Shown here: piece by piece, positions 1 through 15,000 of the stretch
Position numbering within the stretch: the first letter of the stretch is position 1
Layout of the letters: every line of letters begins with the position of its first letter
From: Eledone cirrhosa
Taxonomy: Eukaryota
NCBI GenBank assembly: GCA_964016885.1
Contig: CAXHJY010000929.1
Span: 61,120 to 125,119, forward strand
Length of the DNA: 64,000 bases
Direction: 5' to 3'
Translations under genes and position numbers: made by a program
The notes under the pieces: generated by a model
The model's input: the letters and a program-made list of their open reading frames with translations, nothing else
Databases searched by the model: none
What the model was told of the DNA's origin: nothing

Positions 1-79
1 AGCTTTACCATCTCAGGGCAATTCTCTCGATGTTGGGAATCAAGAATTATGGGTGGAAACCAAGACAGCTGAAGGAAAG
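1..79 (+). CDS. TCERG1: TCERG1 exon (partial), N-half of WW1
   Basis: [26 protein letters not shown]; donor AAG|GTAGGC. Confidence 0.88.
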
Positions 80-3000
80 GTAGGCAAAAAAAAAGAAAAG
101 AATTTGCTTTTATTTTCTGTCCTCACATTCAAGTTATCTCTATTTTCAAATCTTTATATTTGAATAATTTCTCCATTTCTTTGATAAATACATTATCATC
201 TATTCAGACTGAAACTTTAAGCAACACTAAAGCAAAACACTGAAAATATCTAGACATACAGCTGTGTTCAATAATGATGTGAAAGCACACAATAATAATG
301 ATAATATTTTTATTTCTGTAGAGCTACTATTACAATGCAAGGACACGAGAGTCTGCTTGGACAAAACCAGAGAATGTGAAGATTATCAGCCAGACAGAAG
401 TGGAAGCAATGGCTGCCCAAATGACTAGTCAGACACCACCTAGTGTTACTACGAATACTGTATCTTCTCCAGGAGGCACGACTACCATTGCTGCTGCTCA
501 GACACCTGTGGCACAAGGTAATTTTTAATATTTACCATAAGTTTTTTTTTTTAGTTGTATTTTATTTGCATGCAATGTTTTATAATTGTTTCTGTAGAAT
601 TAATTGCTTGGATGATTAAATTATAGTTTAGGTGTGTGGTAGTTTTCTAAATAATTTTTGATATATAGTTTTTTTATATAATATAGTACTTGTTTCTTTT
701 ATATGTTGAGGTGAATTGTTGAATATGACTCAGTTGTGTCAAGGATATGACCCCCACCCCCCTCCCTAGTGTCTGTGCCTTGAGTGTCAGACATGACAAA
801 CTGTTTAGTGCTGTTGCCACGATGTACTCTGTAAAGTGGTTGGTGTTAAGAAGGGCATATAAATGTAGAAACCATGCTAAACACATTCAGCTGTGTTGAA
901 GGCATGACAATCTCCCTATTGCTGGTGCCACGAGTCTCAAAGACATGACAATCTTTCTAGTGTTGGTACCATAATACCATAATAAAATGCACCTGGTGCA
1001 ATCTGTAAAGAGCAGAAACGTGTGTAAACAAAATGCAGGCTCCCCAGCCCATCTGAGAAACCAGTAGTTTTGAATAAGTACTGACTTGGTCTGTTATGAC
1101 CCATTTAACCCTTGCTAACAGGGAGAATGGATGTTAAATGAATATGATGATGATAGGTTAGTTTGTTTTTTCATGTTTGTATGGATTGGAGAAAGCTTGA
1201 AGCTTATTCCAGTTTCATGGACATTACAGAATTAGCAGTAATTATTTTCAGCTGAGTGAACTTGATCGATGGGAAATATGATACCTTGCTGAAGGAGACA
1301 ATATGTCACCCAGTCCAATTTTATGATCATGAGTCCAGCACCCTAACTACTAGGCCAGTTAGAGGGTTTTTTTTCAACACCATGTCATCACTTGTGATTG
1401 TTTTTTGTCTCTGAAAGCTGTCTACATTACAAAGATTACTGGGTGCATATTTTAAGTTGCAGTGCTGGTGCCATGATGAAATGCACCCATCTGTAAAGTC
1501 GTTGGCATTAGGAAGGGCATCCAGCCATAGAAACTATGCCAAATATGGAATACATGAGCAAGGTGATGCTTTCCAATTCACCTAATCTCAAACGGACAAC
1601 CCATGCTAGTATAGGAAGCAGGCGTAAAATGATTACATATATATACACACACACACATACAAAGTTTTTTTTTTTCCATATATGAATTATTACACATAAG
1701 TGACTGTAGGTTTAAGCACCATATTTTGGCTCTTCTGTTGCAAACATTTAGACTGTTTCCGGTTTGAGGATAACTTCTCCCTTCGTACTGTCTACCTTGA
1801 TGGTTATTGGTTTCAGGATAACTTTTCCCTTCCTACGCCCTACCTCAATGCTCGTGAATAAGATCATAAGTTATACAAAAAAAAAGAAGAGAAATTAACA
1901 TTACTACCACCTGATGTCCTATGTGAAGCTCTCTCTGTTGCAAGGATTCAAACTTTGTCTAGTTTGAAGGAGCATATTCTACTGGTCAAAGTGTTAATCT
2001 CACAATCATAAGGTCTTAAGTGGTGTGTTGTGTCCTTGAGCAAGACTCTTTATTTCACATTTCTCCAGCCCACTCAGCTGAAGATAAAAGAATACCAACA
2101 ATAACTAGGGGATAACTCTTTGATGGACTAGCAACTAGTCCAAAAGGGAATCTTGTACTCTGTCATTCAATGCTAAGGAAACCAGGATAAGTTTCAAACT
2201 AATGAGCCTCATGGCTTGGGACAGACTTTAACTTTAATTTAACTTGAAGTGATGTTTCCATCTACATCTTTTCTCATTATGTAGTGTCATTGATTGTCAG
2301 TGGTATCAATAGAAGAGGGGTTATGGTGGTGGGGTCAGATAGACTGGAACTCTTTGGTAATGTCTTGAAAACAGGCTATTACTCTGTCATTAGTGTCTAC
2401 TTCTCATTTATTTCCTTGCTATTGCACATGGTTTAACCCTTTAGCATTCAAACCGACAAGATTATGTCCCCTTTCATTTATTCAAACCGACATTTAATAC
2501 TACACGGAGATCTCCTTCTAAAAATAAACATTGAAATCATTGAAATCTCGTCAATTCGAGATTACTGCAAGATAAAGCCCTTACGCACGAAAATTAACTC
2601 TTAGTATAGTTAAAGAACTTGTGATAACACGTGTTTTTAACGTTGAAAGTGTAACATACAGGCTTCCGAAAGTAGCGACAACGAATTTGAAGGTTTTACG
2701 TCCGACTACATTCGAGATCAAAAAGAAACTGAAGATAATATCAGTGATTTATCTTCAAACGAATCAGATATATTTATTTCTGATATATCTGATGATGATG
2801 ATAGTCACTTTGAAAGTGAAAGAGATATAACTGACACCATTGAAAAAACACCAACGTGGTTGAAAGAAACAACACCGATACATATTTCGGATTTTACTGA
2901 AAATATTGGACCACAACACACATTACCACCCGATGCTAAAGCACTGGATTATTTTTTTTTATTTTTACCACAAACTTTCTTCGAAGTTGTGGCAGAAGAG

Positions 3001-6000
3001 ACAAATCGCTATGCACAACAACAGATTTCTAATATCGGAAAACCCGATCTGTTATGGCGTCCGACAGATTCTGCCGAAATGAAAGCGTTTTTTACCATAA
3101 ACATTGTTTGGTATTAAACAATTTCCACGACTGTGGAATTATTGGAGTACTGATATAAGGTTTGGTGACCCTTATATATCTAGTATTATGGCAAAAACGA
3201 GATTCATCAAATTAAACCAATATTTGCATCTGGTTGATACTTCAAATGCCCCTGGTAGAAATGAATCAAATTACGACCCACTGTACAAAGTACGACCATT
3301 AATTGAAATGTTGTCAGAAAAATTTAAAAGTGTGTATATACCTGGAAAAAATCTTAGTGTTGATGAAGCTATGATTGGGTATAAGGGTAGGGTTCATTTT
3401 AGACAGTATATGCCAGCTAAACCCACCAAATGGGGCATCAAAGTGTGGGAACTGTGTGAATCGGACACAGGATACTGTGTAAACTTTGATGTTTACACAG
3501 GAAAAAAAACATAACGGAGAGAGAAAACACGGGTTGGGTTACGATGTTGTGTGGTCGCTGACTCAACCCTTCCACTTTCAACACAGACATATTTATTTTG
3601 ACCTTTTTTTTTCTTTGGTGCTTTTAGCAGAGGATCTTGCCCTTGTAAATACATACACCTGCGGCACAATAATGAGCAATCGGAAAGGGCTACCCCAAGA
3701 AATAAAAGTTGTGAAACTGAAAAACAGGGGGGGGGGGGGGGGCATTCTCCAAATGCAAAAAGAGAACATGTTAGCAAAGACAAACGGCAAATTTTGTTCC
3801 TGAGTTCTAACCAACAATCAGGTGTTGGGGCTGAGGGTAGACCTTTAGTTAACCTCTCCTACAATAAATATATGGGTGGGGTTGACAAATCTGACCAGTA
3901 CTGTGCTTATTACCCAGTTGGGCGCCCTGGAAAGAAATGGTGGAGATACATCTTGTGGTTTTTAGTGAATTTAACCATTGTGAATTCTTTTATTGTATTT
4001 ACTAAAAGCCAGAAGGATCCGCCACCACCAAAGGACTACTGTCATATGAAGTTTCGGGTGGACATTGCATCCCAGCAACGTGGAGGATATACTTCTCGCA
4101 AACACAAAGCTGGGAAAAAAATCAAAATTAGCAGTGGTCCACAAAGAAAATATTGATTTTCATAAAGTGGAGAGAATTGATGGTAGGAGGAAGGTTTGCC
4201 GATTGTGCTCTTTGCAAAAGAGAAAAACTGTTAAAGGTTACGCAATCCTAACCCTATTTATGTGTTCCTTTTGCAAAGTGCCATTATGTAAAGGGTGCTT
4301 TGGGCAGTATCACGATAGAAATATTGTCTGACAATATTGAAAACAATATTTTAAAAATATATTAGAACACATATAAAAACACCTGCATTCACCTGTACCT
4401 GCATCACACCTGTTAATGAACTTATATATTAGGAACATTCTGTTACGTAAATTTACATTGTACATTGTGTAAGAGTACATTGCCAATATTATTTTGACTG
4501 GTGAAAAGGTTTTATACATTTTTTTCAATGAAAATATTTGCCTGGAATGTAGAGAAAGACTAAAACCTTGTACTGATTACACCTGCATTTTTAATTAATT
4601 CACCTGTTCGGAAAACTGCTAGAATTGATGGAAATCAGCAACAAATCTAACAGGTAAGGCAGATAAAGTTTAAATTTTGTGTTTATCCATAAAGTTATTA
4701 ATTTCACCTGCCCATAAAAGTCAAATTTAACAAAAAAAATCAGGTAAAAATATATAATTGTAAATTATAGTTATTTAAACATCTACTGACAAAATTTCAA
4801 GTCTGCACATAGAAAATTAAAGTAATTACAAACAAATAAAATTGATAACCCTCTTGAGTATAATTAAGTGAAAATAATGCAAATAGATGAACATGACATT
4901 TGACAATTCAATGTGAATGCTAAAAGGTTAAAGAAATTGAAAGGAGCCAAAGAAATTGAAAGGAGCAGATTGTTCTTTTTTCTTCCTTATTAAATTTGTG
5001 TTTATAAATTACTATTCTGTATTGTTTTTCTCTTTTTTATTTTCCGATATAGGTTATACCAACAGACTTTCTCTCAGTGAATATATTTCTAATTTTTAAG
5101 AAGATTTATATTTGTGACAATTTTTAGTAGATTTATATTTTTAGATAAAAATTATGATTTAAATTAGATACTTCAAGTGTTTATTTACATATTTATCTTA
5201 ATTGTTAATTTATGCATAACTAAAATAATGAAGAAATAGTAATTATTTCTATAACTTTAATTGTAGCAGAAAACCACAACTTTCCATAAAAAACCTAAAG
5301 GACATATATATAGCAATTCCATCATGGAAGTGTCATTCTAACCATTCAAAAAAACAAAACAAAGAAAACACACAAAACCTGTTAATTTAACTTTATATTT
5401 ATCACATATTTACTAGTATCAAGAATTTCATTGCACTGTTTGTGAAATTTGCAGTAGAACTATGTGAGTGACCAAGTCACAAATAGCATGATGCAAATCT
5501 TGACACCAAGAAATATACATGTAAAGTGATGTTGATAGTATTTGTGTTTTTGAATAGCTAAAATGACTTGGACGATGTAATTACTTCAGTTTCAACACAT
5601 GATCTCAGATCAAGTCATTACTAGACTAGTTAGAAATTTTACTACATACACTTCAATTGATATAGTTCAAAATTAATATAAACCAATCTCAAAATTATCT
5701 TTTTGAGAGTTGGGAAATATTTTGAGCTGAATTCAATCTTCTTGTGTTTGCAGCTCAAGCAGCGACACAGCTGTTACAGCCTCCAACACAACAACCATCA
5801 CAACAAGCACAACTTGGTTCTCCACAACTACTACAAGTTGTGTCGTCCACATGTTTGACTTCATCATCGCCCCCACCAACAGTTTCACCCTGTAGTAGTG
5901 AGGCACCAAGCGGCACATGTATTGTAAATACATTGTCATCACCAGCTTCGTCTCAGTCACAGACACCAGTGGCATTGTTCACTACTGATGTGATACCTAT

Positions 6001-6036
<36 letters not shown>

Positions 6037-9000
6037 CACTACTTCTGCTACAACAACAACTACTACTGCTACGGCAACCCAACCTACACAGACCAGTTCT
6101 TTCCTACCAGGGATCTCTCCTTTCCCCAGTATGGAAAATGGTTTTAACCATCTTTGTTGAATGCTTCTCTGCTGCCACTACTACTATTACTACCACTACT
6201 ACTACTATCTTTGCATGCTCTGCTTTTGAAGTTTTTTCCTTATATTTTTTTCTGTTCGATTTTCTTTCTCCAATTTTTTATCTTGTGCTAACAGTTGATA
6301 TTGCTAATTCTCACTGTCAAGTACACTATAGTTTTCTTCTTCCTCTTAATGTATAGTAGGCAGCAGAAGATAGATTCTACTTACCTATTGTTGGTTATGA
6401 ATGGTGCCATGTATTATTAGACAAAAAAAAGTTTTCTTTTGAAGAGAAAAGGAATTCAGAGTTTTTAGGGCATCAAATGAAATGCCTCTGTATTTGTTCT
6501 GACTCTGCACTCTTGATTCAAATACTGCTTTATTCTGCCAGGTGCATCAATAACAAAAATATCAATGGAAACATTGTTTCCTTGGTCCGATCTAATGATG
6601 AGCTCCTCTCCTTTCTTCCGCCATGTATTGCGACCGGCAGATAGTTTCAACAATATTGATGGAAACATAGTTTCCATGGTCCACTCTGATGATCAGCTCC
6701 TTTTCTTTTCCTTTTAAATTCTGCTTCTACCAATTTGTCTAGAGAACAGTTTGAGACGAAATAGGGAAAAAAAATTTCTTTCTTCTTCTCCCCATTTCCA
6801 CCATAAACTCACCCTTCCCAGACACTTATTTAACTCTTATTTAAAAAAACAAATGTGTTCTAATAATAATTGTGAAAATTACAATGAAAGCATTATGACC
6901 ATGAAGCTACACCCACTTGAGCAAAATCTTGATAATTTAAAATTAATTCATAACATTCTGTAATGATTTAGCAGAAAATATCTAAAAACAGGTTTGATAA
7001 TTCAAATGTTTATAATAGCTTTACTAGTGACATATTATTATGAAAATTTATTATGTTAGACTTCAATTTTTAATGTGATGCAGTTCATTATGCTAAAAAT
7101 AGTGTTGCATATCTGTGATTGTAAATCATTTTCTGTAATGATTTAGATGATATTTCACAATGAGTTTGTTGATAATTTAAATGTTTATAGTATCAGTACT
7201 CATGGACAGATTGTGTAAATTTGCAACTACATGTTGTATTGTCTACATATGTGACTAAAGAAAAAAAACTTCAATTTTTTATGTGATGCAGTTAGTCTTG
7301 CTAATGCAGTTTTAAATCGGTACTAGATGTTAAGAGTTAAGGAATATTTTCACAGTGGAATTGTTTTTTTGCATTTAATTAACTAAGTGCTAATTGCATA
7401 TATATATTAATGCATATATATATATATATATATTATTAGCATGTTCTGTTATGGTCTTACTTTTCTTTGGTTGTTAGCATTTTTTTTTTTTTTAGTTTGG
7501 TTTTGCAAATATGTATTTCCGAAGTTTTATATTTAGATTTAAATTAAATTTTGAATAACAATTTTCTTATTTTTGCTTGCTTAAAAAACAAGCTTGTTCC
7601 TTGTAATGGTTTCATTTGATCTGTTTGGGGCCATTCTTTTATATCTAATTTTGACATGTGTAAGAATAATAGTAATATACTTGAAGGTCTGACTCATGGT
7701 GAATGACCTTATAACATTTTTTACATTTAGTTCAATAAATAATTTGGATATATCTTTATATAGTTTCTACCATATCACCATGTTATCTTTTATCATGTTT
7801 GGTATGGTTTCAATTCATACATGCACATACATAGATTGCATATGAATCAACAAGTGAGGAGAGAGCTCTATATCAGTAGAAGAGCTGTATATTTACATAG
7901 AAATATTACACAACATATTGGCTACTGTTCATATTTCAATAGATCATTTTATTTGAGATAATGTATTTCTTTATCTGTTCAATATTTTTTAAGCTTTTGT
8001 TTAATTCAAGCAACTAATCAGCCATATGTAGGCATAAAGGCCTGAGGGATGCTGAACAGATGAAGAAATATATCTTCAACAAATTGATCTGTTAAAGTAT
8101 GAAAGCAAACAGTAGCCAATATATTGTTGAATTAGGGAACAACTTTTCTATCAAACATATTATATTAAAGCCAATCGAAAGATTGTGAGTTCAATTCTCA
8201 GACCGGGTGATGTGTTGTTTCCTTGAGCAAGACACTTTATTTCACATTGCTCCAGTTTACTCAGCTGTAGAAATGAGTTGATAGGGACTGGGGTCCCTAT
8301 CATTCCACTGCAAAGTGGTCGTGGAGGTGCCACGGCAAAAAAGCACCCAGCACTCACTGTAAATGAGGTTGGTGTTAGGAAGGGCATCCAGCTGTAGAAA
8401 TCAAGCCAGAATCAGTTCCCATCCCACCCTTGCAAGCAGGGAAAAGCGGATGTAAAATGAAATGATGATGATGATGATGACATGACTGTGTTCAAGCTTG
8501 ATCTTTTTATAAAGGACTTTTGTATTTCTTCATTATGTTTTTATGGTTGGTTTGGAACAATAGCAATTTCAATTTATAAGTTTATTAATGTTTTAAGATG
8601 TTTGCACCTGAGCTTCAGAATAAGAATGTTAGTAGTAATGACATGTTGTTCATGGAACTTTTGGTGGTTGCAAAAGATCATATGAGTGGTAATATTTTCA
8701 ATGCCAGAAGTTTTACAAATATCAACATTTAATACAAAAATCAACCTGCACAGATATCACATACATAAAATTAACTAAAAAAACTGCCAAGATTTAACTG
8801 TTAAATAATTTTTAAAATCAGATGTTGAAGATTTTACTAGTACTTCCACTATCTTTTATAACCACTGCAAAGTACATCAACGTCATACCATTACTACCAT
8901 CCACAAACCTTTACAGCTACTACAAAGTACATAAACAACATGTTATTACTACCATAATTTTTATTCTTAAGATGTGAGAGTGAAGGTCTCAAAATGCTTG

Positions 9001-12000
9001 TAGAGTTATGGATTTAGGAATGCTGTTGTTCCAAACCAAACAAAGAACTATGAAAGAAATCTGAAAAATGATTAATAAAGATGACACAAGAACACAGACA
9101 TGTCTTTAACATATATATGTAAAAATTGAATGTTAACCATTCCATTTGTTGATATTTGCATGAGAAAGATCCCAGGAATTGTTTTATAAAATATGATTGG
9201 CTTTTTTTGTATCTATACATACACATATTTATATATGTGTTATACTTACACATATTTATGTATGTTATATATACACATTTATACATGTTATATATACACG
9301 TGTATATATATCTATAAATGTATGATATAATTTCATTAAGTTTATTTCCTTGTAATATGGCAATATTTTACATTCACACATATGCATTAGTTTCAAAGCC
9401 TATATATCAAATGTTTCTAATTAGATTATAGTTTAATGGCTGCTCTATCTGTCAGTTCGTTAACACTGGGACTTAACTCATAACATCCTGTAATGATTTA
9501 GTAGAAAATATCTAAACATGGATTTAATTCAAATGTTTATGGTATCTTTACTACTACAGATTGTTGTGGAAATTTGCAGTAAACTAAAATATTTCAATTT
9601 TTAATGTGATGCAGTTATATTTCTGCTTTGTTTTTTTTTCAAGAACGTCTTTGCTAATGTGGTTTCATGTAGTACAGGACGTTAAGAATTAATATTAATA
9701 CATCAGCTTCGATACAGTTTTATTTTTATTTATTTTATTAATTGTAATTCTACATTTTTTGTGTAAAGTTTTATAAGAATTATTTTGCTTCCTATGCAAA
9801 TTGACTATTATAAAACTATAGAAATGTTACTTAATGTTGGTTTGGTAATAGATTGTCACTGTATTTTTAATATATGTATTTAACCCGTTTGATACCAAAC
9901 CACATGAAACTGCCCTTGGTTCTATGATACAAAACTGTTTGGTTTAAAATGTTTATATTTATCTGAAACCCTTTCCGTCATAATTTTATATCCCCATACC
10001 AGCTTAATAATGAGAAAGTTATAAATCCTGCCAAATTCTTGATTATTTTCAAAATTATTTGAAAATCATTGGCAATGTCTTTCATTAGAAATCTGGTAAT
10101 GAACAACAGTGTAAATTCAATTATACTATTTGACTAACGTTTTTGTTTTTTATTATTTTTATTTATCTGAATAGAAAATTTCTTGTAGAGGTGTTTCTGA
10201 TTTTGATATTTATTTAAACCTGTTTTTGTAGATTTACTGCCTGGCTTTAACCCAAATTTGGTGCCTCCTGGTTTTAATAGCAATGTAATGCCACAGTTGA
10301 GTACACCAGCTACAGCAGCATCTACCGCCTCCACTGTGACACCTCCACTTGTTATTGCGACCCCTCAGTCAGAGACAGTTCGTACTGACCAGTCAGCTGT
10401 TGTTGCAGAGAAACCACCTCAAGGACAGGTTTGTATTTTCTTAGGATTCATCATCATATGTCTGTTTTCTATGTTGGCATGGGTTGGACAGGTTGTCATC
10501 GGGGAAGACAAGATGGATCGGTAAACCACATCTTGCTCATATTTTCCATATTTGGCACGGTTTCTACAACTGGGTGCATTTTATCATGGAACCAGCTTTC
10601 CACAGAGTGTACTTGGTACATTTAATTGTATTACTAGCACTACCATGTAACAGACTATACTGGGTGTGTTCTTCTTTAACTACTTGGGTGTTTTTTATTT
10701 TTATGGAAGTGCACATGCTTAATTTATCACCTGCTTAGTATAATAAAAAGTTTTTCATTCATCTCAAATTTTTCACTCAAATTAACTCCCCTATCCTAGC
10801 CCCTAGCATAGAGAGGACTCTTCAGGCAAGTCCATGACCAACAATATCCCTAATGCTGGTGCCATGATAAAATGCACCCAACATAGTCTGTAAAGTGATT
10901 GGTGTTAGGAAGCGCTTCCTACTGTTGAAACCATGCCAATAGGGCAAGAGAATTCTTCAGTTGTGCCAAGGACACATCTCTAGTGTTGGTGGTCCACATG
11001 ATGAATGCACCCAGTGCACTCTGTAAAGTGGTTGGTGATTAGAAAACCTGCCAAATAAAGGGATAGGAAAACTCTTTAGTTGTGTCAAAGATATGACAAC
11101 CTCCCAAGTGCAGATGCCATGATAAAATGTACTCAGTAAACTGAGATCGTATGTAAGCAAATTGTGGGCTCATTTGAGCACTTAGTTGAGTGCGGCAGCT
11201 TATATAAGTGTGACTAGCAGAAGTACCCGGCGTTGCCCGGGTGTAAGTTGACCTTTGCTCTGTTAAAAAGTGTGAAAGTTACTTCTTGCGCATCACAGGT
11301 GCAACGTTGTTGTTGGGGTTCACGCTGTTGTTGGTGTTGTTATTGTCTACACCAAAGGAGGTCATCATGAAACAGGAGTTGTATTTCTACATGTTACGGC
11401 AGAACGTTGTAGCCGTAGTGTCGTCAGCTGTAAGTAGATTCAGAAGAACGTCTGGCGGGTCAGCCAATGCCTCTAGTTGCACCTTACCTCCTGCACAGCA
11501 CATAGAAGGCGCCTTGCCTGGCCATGTCATTCATTGACTTGCAGGATGTACAGACATTATCCATTTTGCCAATGGAAACTGTAGGCAGAAGTCCGTAATC
11601 CTCAGAAGGGTTATATCTGAAGGCTGCTTTTACCCAGCCTGAGCTCTTGGCAGCAGTAGCTAATGTATGCCGAGAACGCTTAGCAGCAAGCTTGTTGTCT
11701 CTGTCTGCCGTGGACTCCTCTGCAAGCGCTTGTTGACGACGAAGGCGAACCCCAGCAAGCCTCATCTGACGGGATGTTGGTGACTCCTCTGCAAGCGCTT
11801 GTTGGTGACGAAGGCGAATGCCAGCAAGCCGCGTCGTACGGGATGTTGGTGACTTCTCTGCAAGCGCTTGTTGGTGACTCCTCCGCCAGCGCTTGTTGGT
11901 GACTCCTCCGCCAGCGCTTGTTGGCGACGGAGGCGAACACCAACAAGCCTCGTTGTACGGGATGTTGGTGACTCAACCAGCCGAGAAAGACGTCTATCAG

Positions 12001-15000
12001 CGAGTGAAGATTCGCGCTCAGCAGGTGTTTCCTAGAGAAAGTTAATTAATGCTACTGGTTAGCTAAGCCAAAGGCACTGTGCCAATAGTAAATGAGAAAA
12101 GTGTAATATGAACAAAAGGGAATCAAGGTAAGACAATAAATTTAATATAACTACGATTAGAATGTTGTAGTTGCTTAAAAGTGGTGACAATTAGGATAAA
12201 CGCAGTGCTTGCTAACATTAAGGGAGAATATTGCATAGAGGATTAACCAATTGTGAATGAACACATACCTGAGAACGCCTAATTCGTCGTCTCAAAGCAG
12301 TAGCTGTATCTTTTTTGGAGGTAAGTCTTGAACGTTTCCATGTGGGCATAACGACGTGTAACGAAGCTGTTAGGTTAGAGAGGGATGATTAAGTAGAGAG
12401 AGGTGACACCAGATTCGCTAGCATGGTTACTGGTGAATGGGAAGGTTTGGAAATATGATTATAATAACTTAGCGAATTTTCTGGCCTATAAAGGGCACTT
12501 AAAAAACATAAATTTCATCAAAAAACAGCTCTGCGCTTTATACTCCGGTGAGCCTTATGTATAAATAATACAATGGTAATCAATCACGGCTCTAACAGAA
12601 GTAATAGTTCTAAACTAAAAGTAACGAAGATAGCATTTTCCTGGTTGGCCTTACACGCCATTGCGCGGACCTGATTTTAAAAGATACGCCTTATATCCCG
12701 GTGAGCCTTATAGAGCGGAAAATACGGTATCTATTGGAAAAGAATATGAATTCATGACCAAGGTGTGACAAAAGTGGCGTCTATACAGTGCCTGAAACAA
12801 ACTGGTCCAAAACCCTGCGATCTTTCTCGTTAAGTACCACCCAAAAGGAACCGTTTCTTAGTTACAAAAAATAACCAAAGTGAATAGTAGCTATATTTCT
12901 GACATATGCCAAAAAGAACAATATATTCAAAAAATTTTCTAAAGTACATTCAATCTCTCTTTTTGACCGATGTCTTAATAAGCAAATTATCGATTTTTTT
13001 TATTAGCTGTCAGTATTTATCTGCATGCAGGTGTGTACGTGTGCGCAATCAATTGCACTGCATGCAGATGGTCTATGACAACTAATTAAAAAATTAAAGA
13101 ACAATAGCAATTTGCAAATACGCTCATAACATTTAGTCGTAAACAGAACAAAAAATTCCATTAGAGGTGGGCTAATAATGGAAAAGACACAAACCCTGGT
13201 GAACTTACGTTTAAAAACCTGAAAACTTACTCACTTCCTGTGCAAAAGGCTGTGACAGTAGTGTTATGAATTAAGTAATTTTTTAGAACCTTTTGTTTAA
13301 AAAAGGAAAAAATTGGTATGGACGTAACATTTTTTACAACTTTGTATGTGTCCAATACAACTTGGTCAAAGTATTATTTAGTAAATTATTTTCAAAAAGT
13401 ATGATTATTTAAGACTGTTTGAAAATTTACTCACCGCTTTTAGCTTTTGGCATCACAAAAGACACCATTAAATTTGGTTTCCTTTCAGATAGGGATAATA
13501 CTGTATTTGCACTTGAATAAGGGGGAATATGAAAAGTTTAACGCTAAGATGTCAACAATCCCCTAGTCCCAATGGGGATTTTTAAATTTAAGGAAGGCGA
13601 AAAAGGAATTAAATTTAACTGAAATGGCATGTAAGTAGTCTAAATAAATAAGCACTAACTCATCGATAAGTAAGTGGGCAAATTCTGTAAAGGTCCGTTT
13701 AGTGAGACGGCCGGATTTATTGTTGTTCACAAAAAGCGGATACATACAAAGAGAAAAAGGCGGTTCACACGTGCGTGCATACCTGTTTGTGTATCTATCT
13801 TTGAGAAAACATACTGCTCGTGGTATAGACAGGCCGTCCAATCAATAACACGCATGAGTCACAGTGTGTGCGTGCTTATATGGGCATATGAAATTGATTT
13901 TGATTGTGCCAGGTGTAAACTAAAAGTGCTTGTGTTCAAATACATACACATTAAATTTCATTGAAATCGAAAGATTTTTGAAAAAAAATATGAAAAACAT
14001 TCTGTCATATATTTTGTTGACTACAATTATTTAAGAATTAAGAATTCTACTCAAAGAACCCTGAATATCTGTTTGTAAAGCCTCCCATTTTCCCATAAAG
14101 AAAGGCGTAGATTTGCATATTTCCACAATATTGCGCCATTGATAATTAAACTATGAATAATTGTCTGCCCTAACTCTTAAAGGTCTTATTTAACGCATGA
14201 TTTATGAGTTTAAAAAAATTTTCTGAATTTTTGCAGCCTTGGAGTAACTTATAATGGATCTATTATTGTGGTAATATCAAATTTCATTGAAATCGGACGA
14301 ATTCTGAAAATATCGATTTTTGCCTCTGGGGGTCCGATTATTGTAGCCTATTCCAATCTATGGGTCGAGTTTTATATACGTGTCAAGTTTCATGAAAATC
14401 GGATGAACGGTGTAGCCTGCAAGTTCGGGACACCAAACAAACAAACAAACAACGCCCAACTTCACTTTATATATATAGATGTGGACCCCTGGCTTGTCTT
14501 GAGTACCGACTCTGGCTGGAAAGTCCAGCGCTTGATAGAAAATAAACTAATATTAAATGATGATGATATATACAGAAGTTCAAAAGCAATTACTGAAAAT
14601 ATATTAAAAAGTCCTGGAATTGTGAACTTTGTCGGCTTCTGAGGAAAAAAAAACAAACAATAAAAATCAAGGGAAAAAAAATCTATGAATTTGTCATATG
14701 ATATACATTGATGAAACTTGTCAACTGCATTGCATGTTTTCAAGACATGGTTTATGTTTAGTTGGTTGGAATTATTTAAAAATAGCTTGTGTATTTACAC
14801 ACCTTTCATAGTTGATGGATTGGCAGAAATGTTAGAGCATTGGATTAGATCTTTTGCGGTGTTTGTTCTGCCCAGATCCACTTTGCCTTTCATCCGTTGG
14901 TGTCAGTAAATAATGTACCAGTTCAGATGGTGGTGGAATGGCAGAATTATTAAAGTGACAGTATTTCTTTATGCTCTGAGTTTAAAGGGCAGTATTTCTT

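Larger units (their letters stand above)
11214..14479 (-). mobile_element. Helitron, internally deleted non-autonomous copy
   Basis: On the minus strand: 5' TCTATATATATAAA, 3' hairpin ACCCGG-GCAACG-CCGGGT then CTAG. Inserted between A and T with no TSD. Contains a RepHel N-terminal remnant. Confidence 0.9.

Noticed and set aside
2650-2670. TCERG1-piggyBac exon-trap fusion (CSB-PGBD3-like) via TACAG|GCT
   Set aside because: No polypyrimidine tract; the acceptor is phase 0 while the upstream exon ends in phase 1; the transposase is frameshifted. ATA at 2656 is more simply a mutated ATG.
8160-8387. Near-identical ORFs [12 protein letters not shown]... here and at 57242-57481
   Set aside because: Antisense reading of SINE family A, not a duplicated gene.
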